The position numbers and the translations under genes are program-made. DNA of 64,000 nucleotides from Bacillota bacterium (GTDB taxonomy: Bacteria; Bacillota; Proteinivoracia; UBA4975): NCBI GenBank assembly GCA_012523545.1, contig JAAYIH010000021.1, positions 4,357 through 68,356 on the forward strand, written 5' to 3'. The notes below the pieces were generated by a model that saw only the letters and a program-made list of their open reading frames with translations, was not told where the DNA came from and searched no databases. This document shows positions 18,603 to 28,214 of the stretch, one piece after another (positions within the stretch are counted from its first letter, which is position 1; the number at the start of each line of letters is the position of its first letter).

Positions 18603-18980
18603 ATGTTTCGCGAAATTTTGCTGAACAACTTGTTTGTGTTGTTAATTTATGCCAGCGCCGGACTGGTGGTGCGGCATTTAACCGGAAGCCGGCTGGGCGC
18701 GATGGCGCCCTGGCTGGTTTTTGGCGCCCACCTGGTACAGATTGGGGTGCGCGTGCTGAACGCCTGCCAGGCACTGGGAACCCTCCCCTGCCTGGCGCTG
18801 CTCCTGCCCCACGCCTGGATCGAACTGAGCGGGTTCAGCCTGGGCTGCTGGGCCGGCAACCGCCTGTACCGGGGCCAGCTCCCGCTGCGCCAGCTGGCGG
18901 CCGCGGCAGTATTGATTGCAGTGGCGGCATACACCGAAGCCTATATAACGCCCTTCCCGTTTGGACACTGGCTCAAATAG
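18603..18980 (+). CDS. Hypothetical small integral membrane protein
   Basis: AGGAGGAAAGG RBS, an AT-rich promoter region upstream, and 3-4 predicted transmembrane helices. Confidence 0.45.
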   Translation: MFREILLNNLFVLLIYASAGLVVRHLTGSRLGAMAPWLVFGAHLVQIGVRVLNACQALGTLPCLALLLPHAWIELSGFSLGCWAGNRLYRGQLPLRQLAAAAVLIAVAAYTEAYITPFPFGHWLK

Positions 18981-19086
18981 CACACGACCCGTCGGCCGCA
19001 GCCGACGGGTCAACTGCATCCGGACGCTGGTCCGGAGCAGTGCCTAGACCATTATATTCGACGGGGGTGCAAATATTTCCTCTTTT

Positions 19087-19821
19087 TTATTTCTTTATGC
19101 CCCGGCCCCAGAAGATTTTTTCGGGATAGGGTTTGAAACCGATGCCCATGGACAGGTTTTTGGAGGCGGTGTTGCTGTCCACTATGTGGATGAGGGGCGT
19201 CCATCCCCGGGCCAGCACCTTTTTGACCAGGTCCAGGGCCAGCTTGCGCCCCAGCCCCCGGCGGCGGTACGGCTCCAGCACCCGCAGGGAACCCAGGTTG
19301 ACCATGTCGTCCACCCGGTCGTAGCACACCGCCCAGCCCGCCAGCTGGCCGTCGATGCGCACGGCGCTGCTGGGGAGCTCGGCCAGGATGCGCCGGAAGA
19401 ATTCGAGGCTGCCCTCATGCCTGTAAGTCCAGTGCGCGTCGACAAACTCGGCGTCGGCCACGGTGAGGCTGTCCAGTTCTTCTGCCTCAGGACCCGAAAA
19501 CTGCCCGGGGGCCAGGGTGTAGGCAGTGGTGTCTTCCTCGCGGTGAATTTCGGCAAAATGCTTTTCCAGCACGGGCAGATATTTTACCGGCACGGCAAAC
19601 AAACTGTATTCACCCGGTTCCAGGTCAGCGAGAAACCGGTCCAGTTCCCCTTCCTCCCCGAACAGGTGCAGGCCGTAGTCCAGCAACATCACCGCCCGCT
19701 CCCCCGCCCACAGCCGGGCCCGCGGAGAGAGGGGCTCGCAAAAGAGCCGGCTCATGAGCTTGTAGGACAAGATGGCGTCTTCCTTGAGCAATGCATACAG
19801 TCTTGCAAAATCCACGTACAT
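19087..19821 (-). CDS. GNAT-family acetyltransferase with an N-terminal extension domain
   Basis: The start was moved to the ATG at 19821 (GGGAGGGAAACAGC upstream). The C-terminal GNAT core reads ..WAVCYDRVDDMVNLGSLRVLEPYRRRGLGRKLALDLV... Confidence 0.65.
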   Translation of the reverse strand: MYVDFARLYALLKEDAILSYKLMSRLFCEPLSPRARLWAGERAVMLLDYGLHLFGEEGELDRFLADLEPGEYSLFAVPVKYLPVLEKHFAEIHREEDTTAYTLAPGQFSGPEAEELDSLTVADAEFVDAHWTYRHEGSLEFFRRILAELPSSAVRIDGQLAGWAVCYDRVDDMVNLGSLRVLEPYRRRGLGRKLALDLVKKVLARGWTPLIHIVDSNTASKNLSMGIGFKPYPEKIFWGRGIKK

Positions 19822-19926
19822 GCTGTTTCCCTCCCTGGTTCCAAGGCTGGCATAGCCCGGATATTGCTTTCGGCCCCGCAATCAGGCATACTCGATAAGG
19901 AATCCTTTGTGAGGAGAGATGGACAA

Positions 19927-20835
19927 ATGCCTAAGACTGCTCCCTACTTCGCCGCCCTGGGATATGCCACCCTTTTCGGCTTTTCCTTTATGTTCACCCG
20001 CAGCGCCCTGGCCCACATCGGTCCGTTCCACCTGCTGGGGCTGCGGTTTGCCCTGGCGGCGTTTCTCCTCGGCGCCCTGCAGCTCATGGGGATTATAAAA
20101 ATAAACCTTGCCTGGGCCGATTACAAGAAACTCCTGCCCCTGGCCTTCTTCCAGCCCCTGCTGTATTTTGCTGCCGAAACCCTGGGCGTGCAGCTGACTT
20201 CCTCATCCTATGCCGGAATGATGATAGCCATCATCCCCATATTTGTCACCATTTTGGCCCGCATTGTCCTCAATGAGAGGCCCCGCCCCCTGCAATACCC
20301 CTTTATATTCGTTTCGGTGGGGGGCGTGCTCTTTATCATGGCCATGCAAAACCGGACCGGCCTGGAAGCCGGCGGCCTGGGCAGCATTCTGCTGCTGGGC
20401 GCAGTCTTGTCGGCGGCCCTGTACAACATCGCTTCCCGCCAGGCTTCCCGGCGCTACTCCCCCCTGGCCATCACCTGGGTGATGATGCTGACCGGGGCAA
20501 TTGCCTTCAATGCCGTGGCACTGTTGCTTGCTCCCGGCGGCGCCGGGCAATACTTGGCGTCCCTGGGCGCCGTGTGGCCGGCGGTGCTCTACCTGGGCGC
20601 CCTGTCTTCGGTGGCCGCCTTTTTCCTCATCAATTACTCCCTGTCCCAATTAACCGCAACCCAGGCAGCGGTGTTTTCCAATTTGACCACCATCATCTCC
20701 ATCGCCGCCGGCACTCTGTTTCTGCACGAGCCCTTTCGCTGGTACCACGCCGTCGGCGCCGCCGCCATCCTCACCGGCATCTGGGGCACCAACTACTTTG
20801 CCGGAGAAAAGTCCAGACATAAACAGGCAGCCTGA
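19927..20835 (+). CDS. DMT-superfamily (EamA-like) transporter
   Basis: ATG at 19927 after GAGGAGAG. The product has ten predicted transmembrane segments and two EamA repeats. The 5' 740 nt of track ORF 19186..20835 is antisense to the GNAT gene and is discarded. Confidence 0.8.
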   Translation: MPKTAPYFAALGYATLFGFSFMFTRSALAHIGPFHLLGLRFALAAFLLGALQLMGIIKINLAWADYKKLLPLAFFQPLLYFAAETLGVQLTSSSYAGMMIAIIPIFVTILARIVLNERPRPLQYPFIFVSVGGVLFIMAMQNRTGLEAGGLGSILLLGAVLSAALYNIASRQASRRYSPLAITWVMMLTGAIAFNAVALLLAPGGAGQYLASLGAVWPAVLYLGALSSVAAFFLINYSLSQLTATQAAVFSNLTTIISIAAGTLFLHEPFRWYHAVGAAAILTGIWGTNYFAGEKSRHKQAA

Positions 20836-20880
20836 CAATACTGCGCCCTTCACACACGGGACAAACAGCCCGCAGGCCGC

Positions 20881-21603
20881 TTAGTCAGGCAAGGTTTGCC
20901 CGGGGCGGACGGGGGCGAACAGGACAAATCCGCCGTCGCCTTCCCGCGCCACGGTGACTTCTCCCCCCGGCATGCCGACCCGCAGGGGCTCCTGCCGGCG
21001 GCCCAGGCGGTGCAGGCATGCTGCGGCCACGCAAGCAGCCGTGGCGCTGCCGGGCATTTCGCAGCCCCTTTGCCAGATGCGCAGCGCCGCTTCCCGGCGG
21101 GCGTCGGCCATGACGACGTCGACGCCGCCGAAATAGCGGTCGATGGCCTGGCATTGGCGGGCAAAATCGGTTGCCTGCATGTTGTTCCCGAAGGTGACAA
21201 AGAAGCGGCGGTACAAATTAAACAGGTAGCCGTGATGGTAGCGGCCAATGCAGTATTCGCCGCCGAACACCGGCGGGGGAAGCCAGGTCCGGACCATGGC
21301 GCCGTGTACCTCCACCCGGCGGCGGCCGGCGTCGGTGTCCAGTTCCCAGGCGCCGGTACCCAGAGAATGACCGGCGCAAAGCAAGGCACAGGTCCCCGGC
21401 AGTGTTCGTATCCCCTGGAAGTTGTATATTTCCACACGATAACTGCCCGCGACACCGGGCAGAAGGATGATGAGACCCTTTACGCCGCGGGCGGAGGGCT
21501 TTTTGCCCGCAGCGCAGGCCAGGACTGGCAGCGGATGGAGCCCGGCTTCGGCATGCAGCACGAAGTATTCATTGCCCAGGCAGTGCAGTTTGGCAATTTC
21601 CAT
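20881..21603 (-). CDS. Diaminopimelate-epimerase-fold protein (DapF/PhzF-like)
   Basis: The N-terminus (MEIAKLHCLGNEYFVL) resembles the DapF start (M..KMHGLGNDF.V). It is shorter than canonical DapF, so the call is tentative. Confidence 0.45.
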   Translation of the reverse strand: MEIAKLHCLGNEYFVLHAEAGLHPLPVLACAAGKKPSARGVKGLIILLPGVAGSYRVEIYNFQGIRTLPGTCALLCAGHSLGTGAWELDTDAGRRRVEVHGAMVRTWLPPPVFGGEYCIGRYHHGYLFNLYRRFFVTFGNNMQATDFARQCQAIDRYFGGVDVVMADARREAALRIWQRGCEMPGSATAACVAAACLHRLGRRQEPLRVGMPGGEVTVAREGDGGFVLFAPVRPGQTLPD

Positions 21604-21694
21604 CTGCCATCCCCCCTATTTAATTTGTATCGGGGGACAACGGCAATAATTCCAACAGGCAGAAATAACCAAGCCGGCTGCAGCGCCGGGCAGT

Positions 21695-22156
21695 TTACTG
21701 CTTTTGCCGTTCCCGGAAGGTCCTCTCTATTTCCCGGGCGGCGGTGCGCTCCGCCAAATCCCGGCGTTTGTCGTAGAGTTTCTTGCCCCTGGCCACCGCC
21801 AGTTCCACTTTTACCAGCCCCCGGCGCAAGTACAGGCGCAGGGGGATCAGGGCCATGCCCTTTTCCCGGGTAATGCCTATGAGGCGGCGAATTTCGCTGC
21901 GGTTGAGCAGGAGCTTGCGCGGGCGCAACGGGTCATGGTTGAAACGGTTGCCCTGCTCATAGGGGCTGACGTGCATGCCGTGCAAAAAGACCTCGTTGTT
22001 TTCCACCCGGGCAAAGCTGTCCTTGAGATTTACGCGCCGGGCACGGATGGATTTGACCTCCGTTCCCTGCAGAACCAGGCCGGCCTCCATGACTTCCTGG
22101 ATGTGGTAGTCATGCCGGGCTTTGCGGTTTTCAGCAATTACCTTAATCTCATCCAT
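21695..22156 (-). CDS. smpB: SsrA-binding protein SmpB
   Basis: From the ATG at 22156 (GAGGAGA 7 nt upstream): [38 protein letters not shown]...[10 protein letters not shown]. This is a canonical SmpB of 153 aa. Confidence 0.9.
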   Translation of the reverse strand: MDEIKVIAENRKARHDYHIQEVMEAGLVLQGTEVKSIRARRVNLKDSFARVENNEVFLHGMHVSPYEQGNRFNHDPLRPRKLLLNRSEIRRLIGITREKGMALIPLRLYLRRGLVKVELAVARGKKLYDKRRDLAERTAAREIERTFRERQKQ

Positions 22157-22559
22157 GGCCATTCTCCTCATAAAGTGTGAGACACACGGCTGGGTTGACC
22201 GTGTGTCCGGGTAAAGGGTTAATGGGTATAACATTGGGTAGCATCATTCTACCATACCGGAATGGGACGGTCAACATATTTTGCCAATCCCCTGGCAACC
22301 GTTCTTTTTTTTCTTCTTACCCCCAAAAAATTGTCTCGGTTACGGAATTATTTAATGGACGGCAGGAGGAAGCAAAAGGTGCGTTATATGGCTCTCTCCT
22401 CATCTTCCTTACAAAAACCAGTTCGGCTAAGTCAAAGAGAGAGCCGGCATCAGCAACGGCAATGCTCGGCGAATATCCTATGCTCAAGACCGGGTCCGGG
22501 TAAATAAAGGGTGACTGGCGGTATGGCTTCCTCCTGCAGAATAAGCGGCTTTAAGCCGC

Positions 22560-24671
22560 TTATTCTGTTACCAGGACAAAATCCAGAGTCCGGGTTTCCT
22601 TGTTGACTTTGATCAGCTTGACGGTGACGGGATCGGCCAGTCTGAAGACCTTCCGCCGGCGCTCCCCCACCAAAGAGTACATCTTTTCGTGGAACTGGTA
22701 GTAATCGTCGTGCATGGTGCTGATGTGCACCAGGCCTTCGACGCCGTTTTCCAGCTCCACGAACAGACCGAAGGCCGTTACCCCGCTGATGATGCCGGGG
22801 AAGGTTTCGCCCAGGCGGTCTGCCATGTACTCCACTTTTTTGAGGTCCACCGATTCCCGGTCGGCCTCTTCTGCTCCCCTCTCCCGGCGGGAGCAATGCT
22901 CGGCCAGGTCTTTGAGTTTTTTGACCTGGGCCTGCCAGGCCTTGGGCTCCTTTTCTCCCAGCCAGTAGGTTATAAAGCGGTGCACCAAGAGATCGGGATA
23001 CCGGCGGATGGGCGCAGTAAAGTGGGTGTAGTATTGGGCAGCCAGGCCGAAGTGCCCCACATTGCGCTCCGAATACTTGGCCTGGCGCATGGAACGCAAG
23101 GTGACGGTGCTGAGCAGGCGGTAGTACGGCTGGCCCTGGGCCTCATTGAGCATCTGCTGCAGGGCCTTGGGGTGGACGTCGTCTTTTTTGCCCTTGATGC
23201 GGTGACCAAAGTTGTGAATAAACCGGTTGAGCTCCAGAATCTTTTCGGTGGCCGGCTTTTCGTGGATGCGGTAGATGAAAGGCGAATCCAGGTGAGCAAA
23301 ATGCTCGGCCACCGTCTCGTTGGCCACCAGCATAAATTCCTCGATAATCCGCTCGGCCATGGTGCGGGGGCGATGGACGATGTCGACAGGCCGGCCCCTG
23401 TCGTCCAGCACCACCTTGGTTTCGGGGAAGTCAAAGTCGATGGCGCCCCGTTGCATTCTGCGCTCCAGCAGGATTATGGCCAGTTCCTCCATGAGTTTCA
23501 ACTGGTCGACCAGATGGCTGTACCGGCGGCACAGGTCGGGGTCCCCCTGCAAAATGCCGTACACGTCGGTATAGGTCATGCGTTCCCTGGTGCAGATGAC
23601 CCCTTTGACCAGCTGGTACCCCACCACCGCGCCGCGGGAGTCAATGTCCATGACCAGGCTGACGGTGAGCCTGTCCTGACGGGGGTTGAGGCTGCAAATG
23701 CCGTTGGAAAGGCGTTCGGGCAGCATGGGAATGACCCGGTCCACCAGGTAGACGCTGGTGCCGCGGTGGAGGGCCTCGGCATCCAATGCGCTGCCGGGGC
23801 GGACATAGTGGGATACGTCGGCAATGTGCACGCCCAGGCGGTATCCCGTCTCGGTTTTGCTGACGTGAACGGCGTCATCCAAATCACGGGCATCTTCGCC
23901 GTCGATGGTGATAATGTCCAGGTGGCGAAAGTCGGTGCGCCCGGCCATTTCCTGAGGGGTAACGAACTCGGGCACCCGTTCCGCTTCCCGGAGCACCTCT
24001 CGGGGAAATTCCAGGGGCAACTGATGCTTGTATATTATGGACAGGATATCTGTGCCCGGAGCATCCTTGTGACCCAGGCGCTGAATGACCCGGCCTTCGG
24101 GATTGCGCCGTCCCTCGGGCCAGCGGGTGATTTCAACAACAACCTTTTCCTGGTTGACGGCGCCGCCGTAATCTTCTTTGCTGACGAATATGTCGTAACC
24201 CAACCGATTGTCGTCAGGCACGACCAGGCCGTATTTTTTCCCCTTCTCCAGCGTACCCACCACGGTGGTGTTAAACCGCTCCAAAATGCGGATAACTTCC
24301 CCCTCCACTTTGGCGCCCTTGCTCCTGCTGTGCAGGCGGGCGATGACCCGGTCGTTGTGCATAGCGCCGTTGAGGTCGCCGGGGGCGATGTAGACGTCAT
24401 CCTGCCCTTCGGCATCGGGAATGACAAAGGCAAATCCCTTGGGGTGGCCCTGCACGCGCCCCACCACCAGGTTCATGCGCTGGGGCACGCCGTACCGGTT
24501 CCAGCGGGTTTTGACCACCTGGCCCCTGGCTTCCATTTCCCGCAACAGTTTTTCAAACTGCTCCTTTTGGTCTTCGGGAATGGAAAAGGCTTGCTGGAGC
24601 TCAGCCAGGGTCAGCGGGCTGTAGGCCTTTTTGCTCATAAATTCCAATATTTTCTCTTCCGTTCTAATCAC
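22560..24671 (-). CDS. rnr: Ribonuclease R
   Basis: N-terminal HTH/OB region, an RNB catalytic domain (..DDAVHV..) and a C-terminal S1 domain. A terminator-like hairpin (aataagcggctttaagccgcttatt) sits at the 3' end. Confidence 0.92.
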   Translation of the reverse strand: MIRTEEKILEFMSKKAYSPLTLAELQQAFSIPEDQKEQFEKLLREMEARGQVVKTRWNRYGVPQRMNLVVGRVQGHPKGFAFVIPDAEGQDDVYIAPGDLNGAMHNDRVIARLHSRSKGAKVEGEVIRILERFNTTVVGTLEKGKKYGLVVPDDNRLGYDIFVSKEDYGGAVNQEKVVVEITRWPEGRRNPEGRVIQRLGHKDAPGTDILSIIYKHQLPLEFPREVLREAERVPEFVTPQEMAGRTDFRHLDIITIDGEDARDLDDAVHVSKTETGYRLGVHIADVSHYVRPGSALDAEALHRGTSVYLVDRVIPMLPERLSNGICSLNPRQDRLTVSLVMDIDSRGAVVGYQLVKGVICTRERMTYTDVYGILQGDPDLCRRYSHLVDQLKLMEELAIILLERRMQRGAIDFDFPETKVVLDDRGRPVDIVHRPRTMAERIIEEFMLVANETVAEHFAHLDSPFIYRIHEKPATEKILELNRFIHNFGHRIKGKKDDVHPKALQQMLNEAQGQPYYRLLSTVTLRSMRQAKYSERNVGHFGLAAQYYTHFTAPIRRYPDLLVHRFITYWLGEKEPKAWQAQVKKLKDLAEHCSRRERGAEEADRESVDLKKVEYMADRLGETFPGIISGVTAFGLFVELENGVEGLVHISTMHDDYYQFHEKMYSLVGERRRKVFRLADPVTVKLIKVNKETRTLDFVLVTE

Positions 24672-24750
24672 CTCATTATTTTGCAGGAAATTTCTTCACC
24701 AAGATAGAAGTATCTTAAGCTGAAGACAAAATCTCTAGGGGGAAGTAGCA

Positions 24751-26301
24751 GTGAGCTGGTTTAAACTCAAGCGCTATTCTGTGTTTTGCTCTAAATTCGC
24801 TTACTCTATTCATCATTACGATTTAGAAGTAACCCTCGACCCCCGCCGACAAAGCTATGCCGTCACTGCGGCCATTACCATGAAAATGGGCAAGCCCACC
24901 AACCGACTCTGTTTTTTGCTGTCGGCAGAGTGCGCCCTTCATTCGGTCAGCTATTTGGGCTTACCCCTTGTACATAAAGTAAAGCAAGTGAGCCCCGGGG
25001 TCAACCTGATTACCGCAATTATGCCCCGCAAAGCCGACAGGGACGAAAAGCTGACGGCGGTTTTAACATATTCCGGCCCAATCCCCGTTCCCGAGGGAGA
25101 TACCGCAGAGCTGTCCCCAGACATGCGCTGGTATCCCTTTTCGTCTCGCCCCCAACAATATACCTGCACCCTCAAAGTAATCACTCCCGAAGCGACGCGC
25201 ATTGTCGGGCCGGGAACGCACAGCCGTCAAGAGCCCGCCGACATTCGCGTGCTGACCCAGTGGACTGCCGATACGCCCTTCCAGGGCATTCACATGCTGG
25301 CCGGCGATTTCCTCAAAACATCCCGGGACACCGCTACCCCTTTGGACATCTACTATCCGCGCAAATACATGAATCAGGCCAAGACTGTGGCAGACTACAG
25401 CCAAAAGCTGCTGGAGTTCTTTGGGCAAAAACTGTGGCCGGCACCGGCGCCGGCCACAGCCGTCGTCATGGCCGAGAATCCCGCCCAGGTTGCCCGGTCA
25501 TCTTTCTACCTGACCAGCATTTCCACCGGCATCCTGGATATGCTGCAGGAGTACGAAACCAGGCAGGAAAGGAACATGCGCCTGTTCCTGCTGCTGGCCC
25601 GGGAAACAGGCCGGCGCTGGCTGAAATACTGCCTGCCCGTCGCCCATCCCAGTTACAAGTGGTACCTGGACGGGCTGGCTGAATACCTGAGCTGGCTGGC
25701 GGTGGAAGAGGAATTCGGCCCCGCTGCCAAGACCAGGGTGTTGCAGGAAGCCCGGGAAATGGTCATAGCCGGGGCCAACCGGTCCATAGTCAGCGCTGCG
25801 GCCAGCAAACTGCAATTCCCGCCGTGGCTGGTGGCCAAAGCCGCCTGGCTCATGCGCATGGCCCACAGCCTGGCCGGGGACTCCTTCCTGGCCGGCCTGC
25901 TGGAAATCTACGCCCAGGCATTCCGGGAAAATAAAGCCCCGGATCCCCAGGAATTTTTCGCCCTGCTGGGCAACATCACCAACACCGACATGCTCCAGCT
26001 CTACAGGGAATGGGCCCTTTCTTCCGGGAAACTGCAGGTGGAAATAAAAGAGGCCCGCACTTTCCTGGACGACAAAAACCGGTGGCAGACCTTGTTCAAC
26101 CTGGTCAACGACGGAAAACTGGACTGGCCCCATCCCGTCGAACTGAAGCTGGCCCTGGCCGGCGGCGATTCGCGGATCGTCCGGCTCCCCCTGCAACAGG
26201 AGCCCCATTTGCTGGAATCCCCCGTCAAGGTGGAGGCCATTACCGTAGACCCCGAGTACAAGCTGCTGAACTGGGCGGCGAAAAACACTTATACGATGTA
26301 A
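24751..26301 (+). CDS. M1-aminopeptidase-like protein with a degenerate zinc motif
   Basis: GTG start after GGGGGAAG. A region (VAHPSYKWYLDGLAEYLSWL) aligns with the M1 HExxH..WLnEGfA motif, but the HExxH Glu and the third-ligand Glu are absent. Confidence 0.45.
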   Translation: MSWFKLKRYSVFCSKFAYSIHHYDLEVTLDPRRQSYAVTAAITMKMGKPTNRLCFLLSAECALHSVSYLGLPLVHKVKQVSPGVNLITAIMPRKADRDEKLTAVLTYSGPIPVPEGDTAELSPDMRWYPFSSRPQQYTCTLKVITPEATRIVGPGTHSRQEPADIRVLTQWTADTPFQGIHMLAGDFLKTSRDTATPLDIYYPRKYMNQAKTVADYSQKLLEFFGQKLWPAPAPATAVVMAENPAQVARSSFYLTSISTGILDMLQEYETRQERNMRLFLLLARETGRRWLKYCLPVAHPSYKWYLDGLAEYLSWLAVEEEFGPAAKTRVLQEAREMVIAGANRSIVSAAASKLQFPPWLVAKAAWLMRMAHSLAGDSFLAGLLEIYAQAFRENKAPDPQEFFALLGNITNTDMLQLYREWALSSGKLQVEIKEARTFLDDKNRWQTLFNLVNDGKLDWPHPVELKLALAGGDSRIVRLPLQQEPHLLESPVKVEAITVDPEYKLLNWAAKNTYTM

Positions 26302-26303
26302 GG

Positions 26304-26330
26304 AAAGCTGCCGCAAGGCAGCTTTTTTCT
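26304..26330. terminator. Bidirectional terminator shared by the M1-like gene (+) and the HD gene (-)
   Basis: aaagctgccgcaaggcagcttttttct: a perfect 9-bp stem flanked by an A-run and a T-run. Confidence 0.5.
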
Positions 26331-26883
26331 ATAGTCCCAGCTCACCGGCAATGGCCTGCATGGCTTCCAGGCCAATGCCGATAAACTCCTCCAGCTCGAG
26401 GCCCAGTTCCTCCCGGCACAAGGCGATTTGCTCCCGGTTGGCGCCCCGGGCAAACTGCTTTTCGCCAAAGCGGTTGAGGACAAATTGGGTATCGATGGCA
26501 GACAGTTTTTTTTCGGGATGGATCAACGCTGCCGCCACGATGAGACCGGTAAGGGGATCGGCAATGTGGAGGGCGCTTTCCATAAAGGTGCGCCGCTCCA
26601 GGCCGTGGGCGGGGTTGTGAACCTTAACGGCCCGGACTACCTCCTCATCCACGCCCAAGCCGGCCAGGATTTCCGCGCCCGCCAGACTGTGCCGGGCCGG
26701 ATCCTGGGCGGTTTCTTCGTAGTCGATGTCGTGGAGCAGGCCAGCCAGGGCCCACTGCTCCTCGTTGCCCCCCAGCCTCTTGGCCAGGCGGCGCATCACT
26801 GCCTCCACGGCGTACATATGCTTGAGCAGGTTGGGGTTTTTGACCCGCTTCTTTACTTCCTTCAGAGCCTGTTCCCGATCCAT
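26329..26883 (-). CDS. HD/HDIG-domain phosphohydrolase
   Basis: HD motif (..HMYAVEAVMRRLAK...AGLLHDIDYE..). Confidence 0.75.
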   Translation of the reverse strand: MDREQALKEVKKRVKNPNLLKHMYAVEAVMRRLAKRLGGNEEQWALAGLLHDIDYEETAQDPARHSLAGAEILAGLGVDEEVVRAVKVHNPAHGLERRTFMESALHIADPLTGLIVAAALIHPEKKLSAIDTQFVLNRFGEKQFARGANREQIALCREELGLELEEFIGIGLEAMQAIAGELGL

Positions 26884-27208
26884 GTCAATACCTCCTTATG
26901 GGCAGGTACTATACCATATATTTCCTCATTCATGCAAGGCTGGGGATGTCGCAATATCCCGTCCCAGGCAAAGTACCAAACGGCTCAGGCAACGCTCTGC
27001 TCTCGGGCAGTCTGCCTTTGGCAGGTTACTCAATTTTATTGAGGATCCCGACTGCTCCAATACCCGGGTGCAGAAAATCTCAAAATAGGAGGAGAATTTA
27101 CCTGTATCCGGAAAATGAGGAGGCAGTCAAAACAGAGCACACACTGCCCGTTCACTCTTATGCCGGGGCAAAACACAGTCAGTTGAGCATCGCAAGAGGG
27201 AGGTAACG

Positions 27209-27847
27209 GTGATGCCGTGGATAATAATGGCAGCTTTTGTTATAACGGCTGGTGCAACTATTGCCTGCACCTGGCTTCAAAAATTGAGAAGCAAGGCGAA
27301 AAATACTAATGCTGATGGGGCAGAGTTAAATAGAAAGGGTTCATGCAGGAGAGAAGAACATGAAATACGTGTTCCGGTGAAACTTCAGCCCTACTTTCAG
27401 CACCTAAGGACGAAAATCGATACATATACATTCATACGCGGTAAGATAATATGTTGCTCCTGCTCAGAATTTGACGTGTTATACTGCGGCGAAATAAGGA
27501 AAAGCAACTTTGGTCAGGTGTTTTTCTGCGACAATGACAATGGGCTTGCGGTTAAGTTACGTTGCAAGAAGTGCGGCCAGGAAATCGAAGTGTTCAACAG
27601 CCTTACCGACGGATATGACCGCTGCATAAAGGAAAAAACTTACTCAGCCGATTACCAATGCCAGCCATTTACATGTAAGCAAGCCCATGCGAATTTTTCA
27701 GCAGAAGTTACCTTTGAGTATCCGCCACAACAAGAGCTATGCGAAGATGGGATTGAAGAATATGAAAATGCCTTCACGTGGATACGAGTAAAATGTAACA
27801 GTTGCAACAAAGTATTTAAGCATATCATTGACTATGAAACGGCATAG
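27209..27847 (+). CDS. Hypothetical membrane-anchored protein with many cysteines, possibly a zinc-ribbon type, in an AT-rich island
   Basis: GGGAGGT RBS with GTG/ATG start. One N-terminal transmembrane helix is followed by about 14 Cys in CxxC-like pairs (CCSCSEF, CKKCGQE, CNSCNK). Local GC is clearly lower than the surrounding DNA. Confidence 0.5.
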   Translation: MMPWIIMAAFVITAGATIACTWLQKLRSKAKNTNADGAELNRKGSCRREEHEIRVPVKLQPYFQHLRTKIDTYTFIRGKIICCSCSEFDVLYCGEIRKSNFGQVFFCDNDNGLAVKLRCKKCGQEIEVFNSLTDGYDRCIKEKTYSADYQCQPFTCKQAHANFSAEVTFEYPPQQELCEDGIEEYENAFTWIRVKCNSCNKVFKHIIDYETA

Positions 27848-28214
27848 AACATCAATATTCTCGCTTTTCACCGGGGCATTGACCCCTTGCCTGAAAACGG
27901 CCCCTTATGTTCCGGAACCACGATACCAATGCCAGGGGGTTTGGCCGTGCAAAAATGTTACTTAAGCGGAATCCCGTTGTTCAACCCCAGCAGGATTTTA
28001 CTGTGGAAGCTGAGCGGGGCTGGGATGGTTAATCTCTTTGGCGGCCAGGGACTCAAAATGGTCTCCGACGGTTACTACACTGTGCCGGCGACTGTATTTC
28101 AGCCCAATTTTACGTGCACGCTTGGGTTCCATTTACAGAATAACGCGGTGCACAGGCTGGAGTTCTTCAGAGATGCTGATTATTATCAAACCCGGGTTTC
28201 GTCAGTGGCGAAAC

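Noticed and set aside
19186-19926. A 247-codon N-terminal extension on the EamA transporter ORF
   Set aside because: The extension is antisense to the GNAT gene 19087..19821. The transporter has a good RBS and a hydrophobic start at 19927.
22689-24707. A 672-aa plus-strand ORF antisense to rnr. Similar long antisense ORFs occur at 15582..16757 (-), 41148..42281 (+), 42507..43883 (+), 55875..57551 (+), 58696..60207 (+) and 61322..62812 (+).
   Set aside because: They are Gly/Ala/Pro/Arg-rich, low-complexity translations typical of the opposite strand of high-GC genes. Each fully overlaps a confidently identified gene on the other strand and lacks an RBS.
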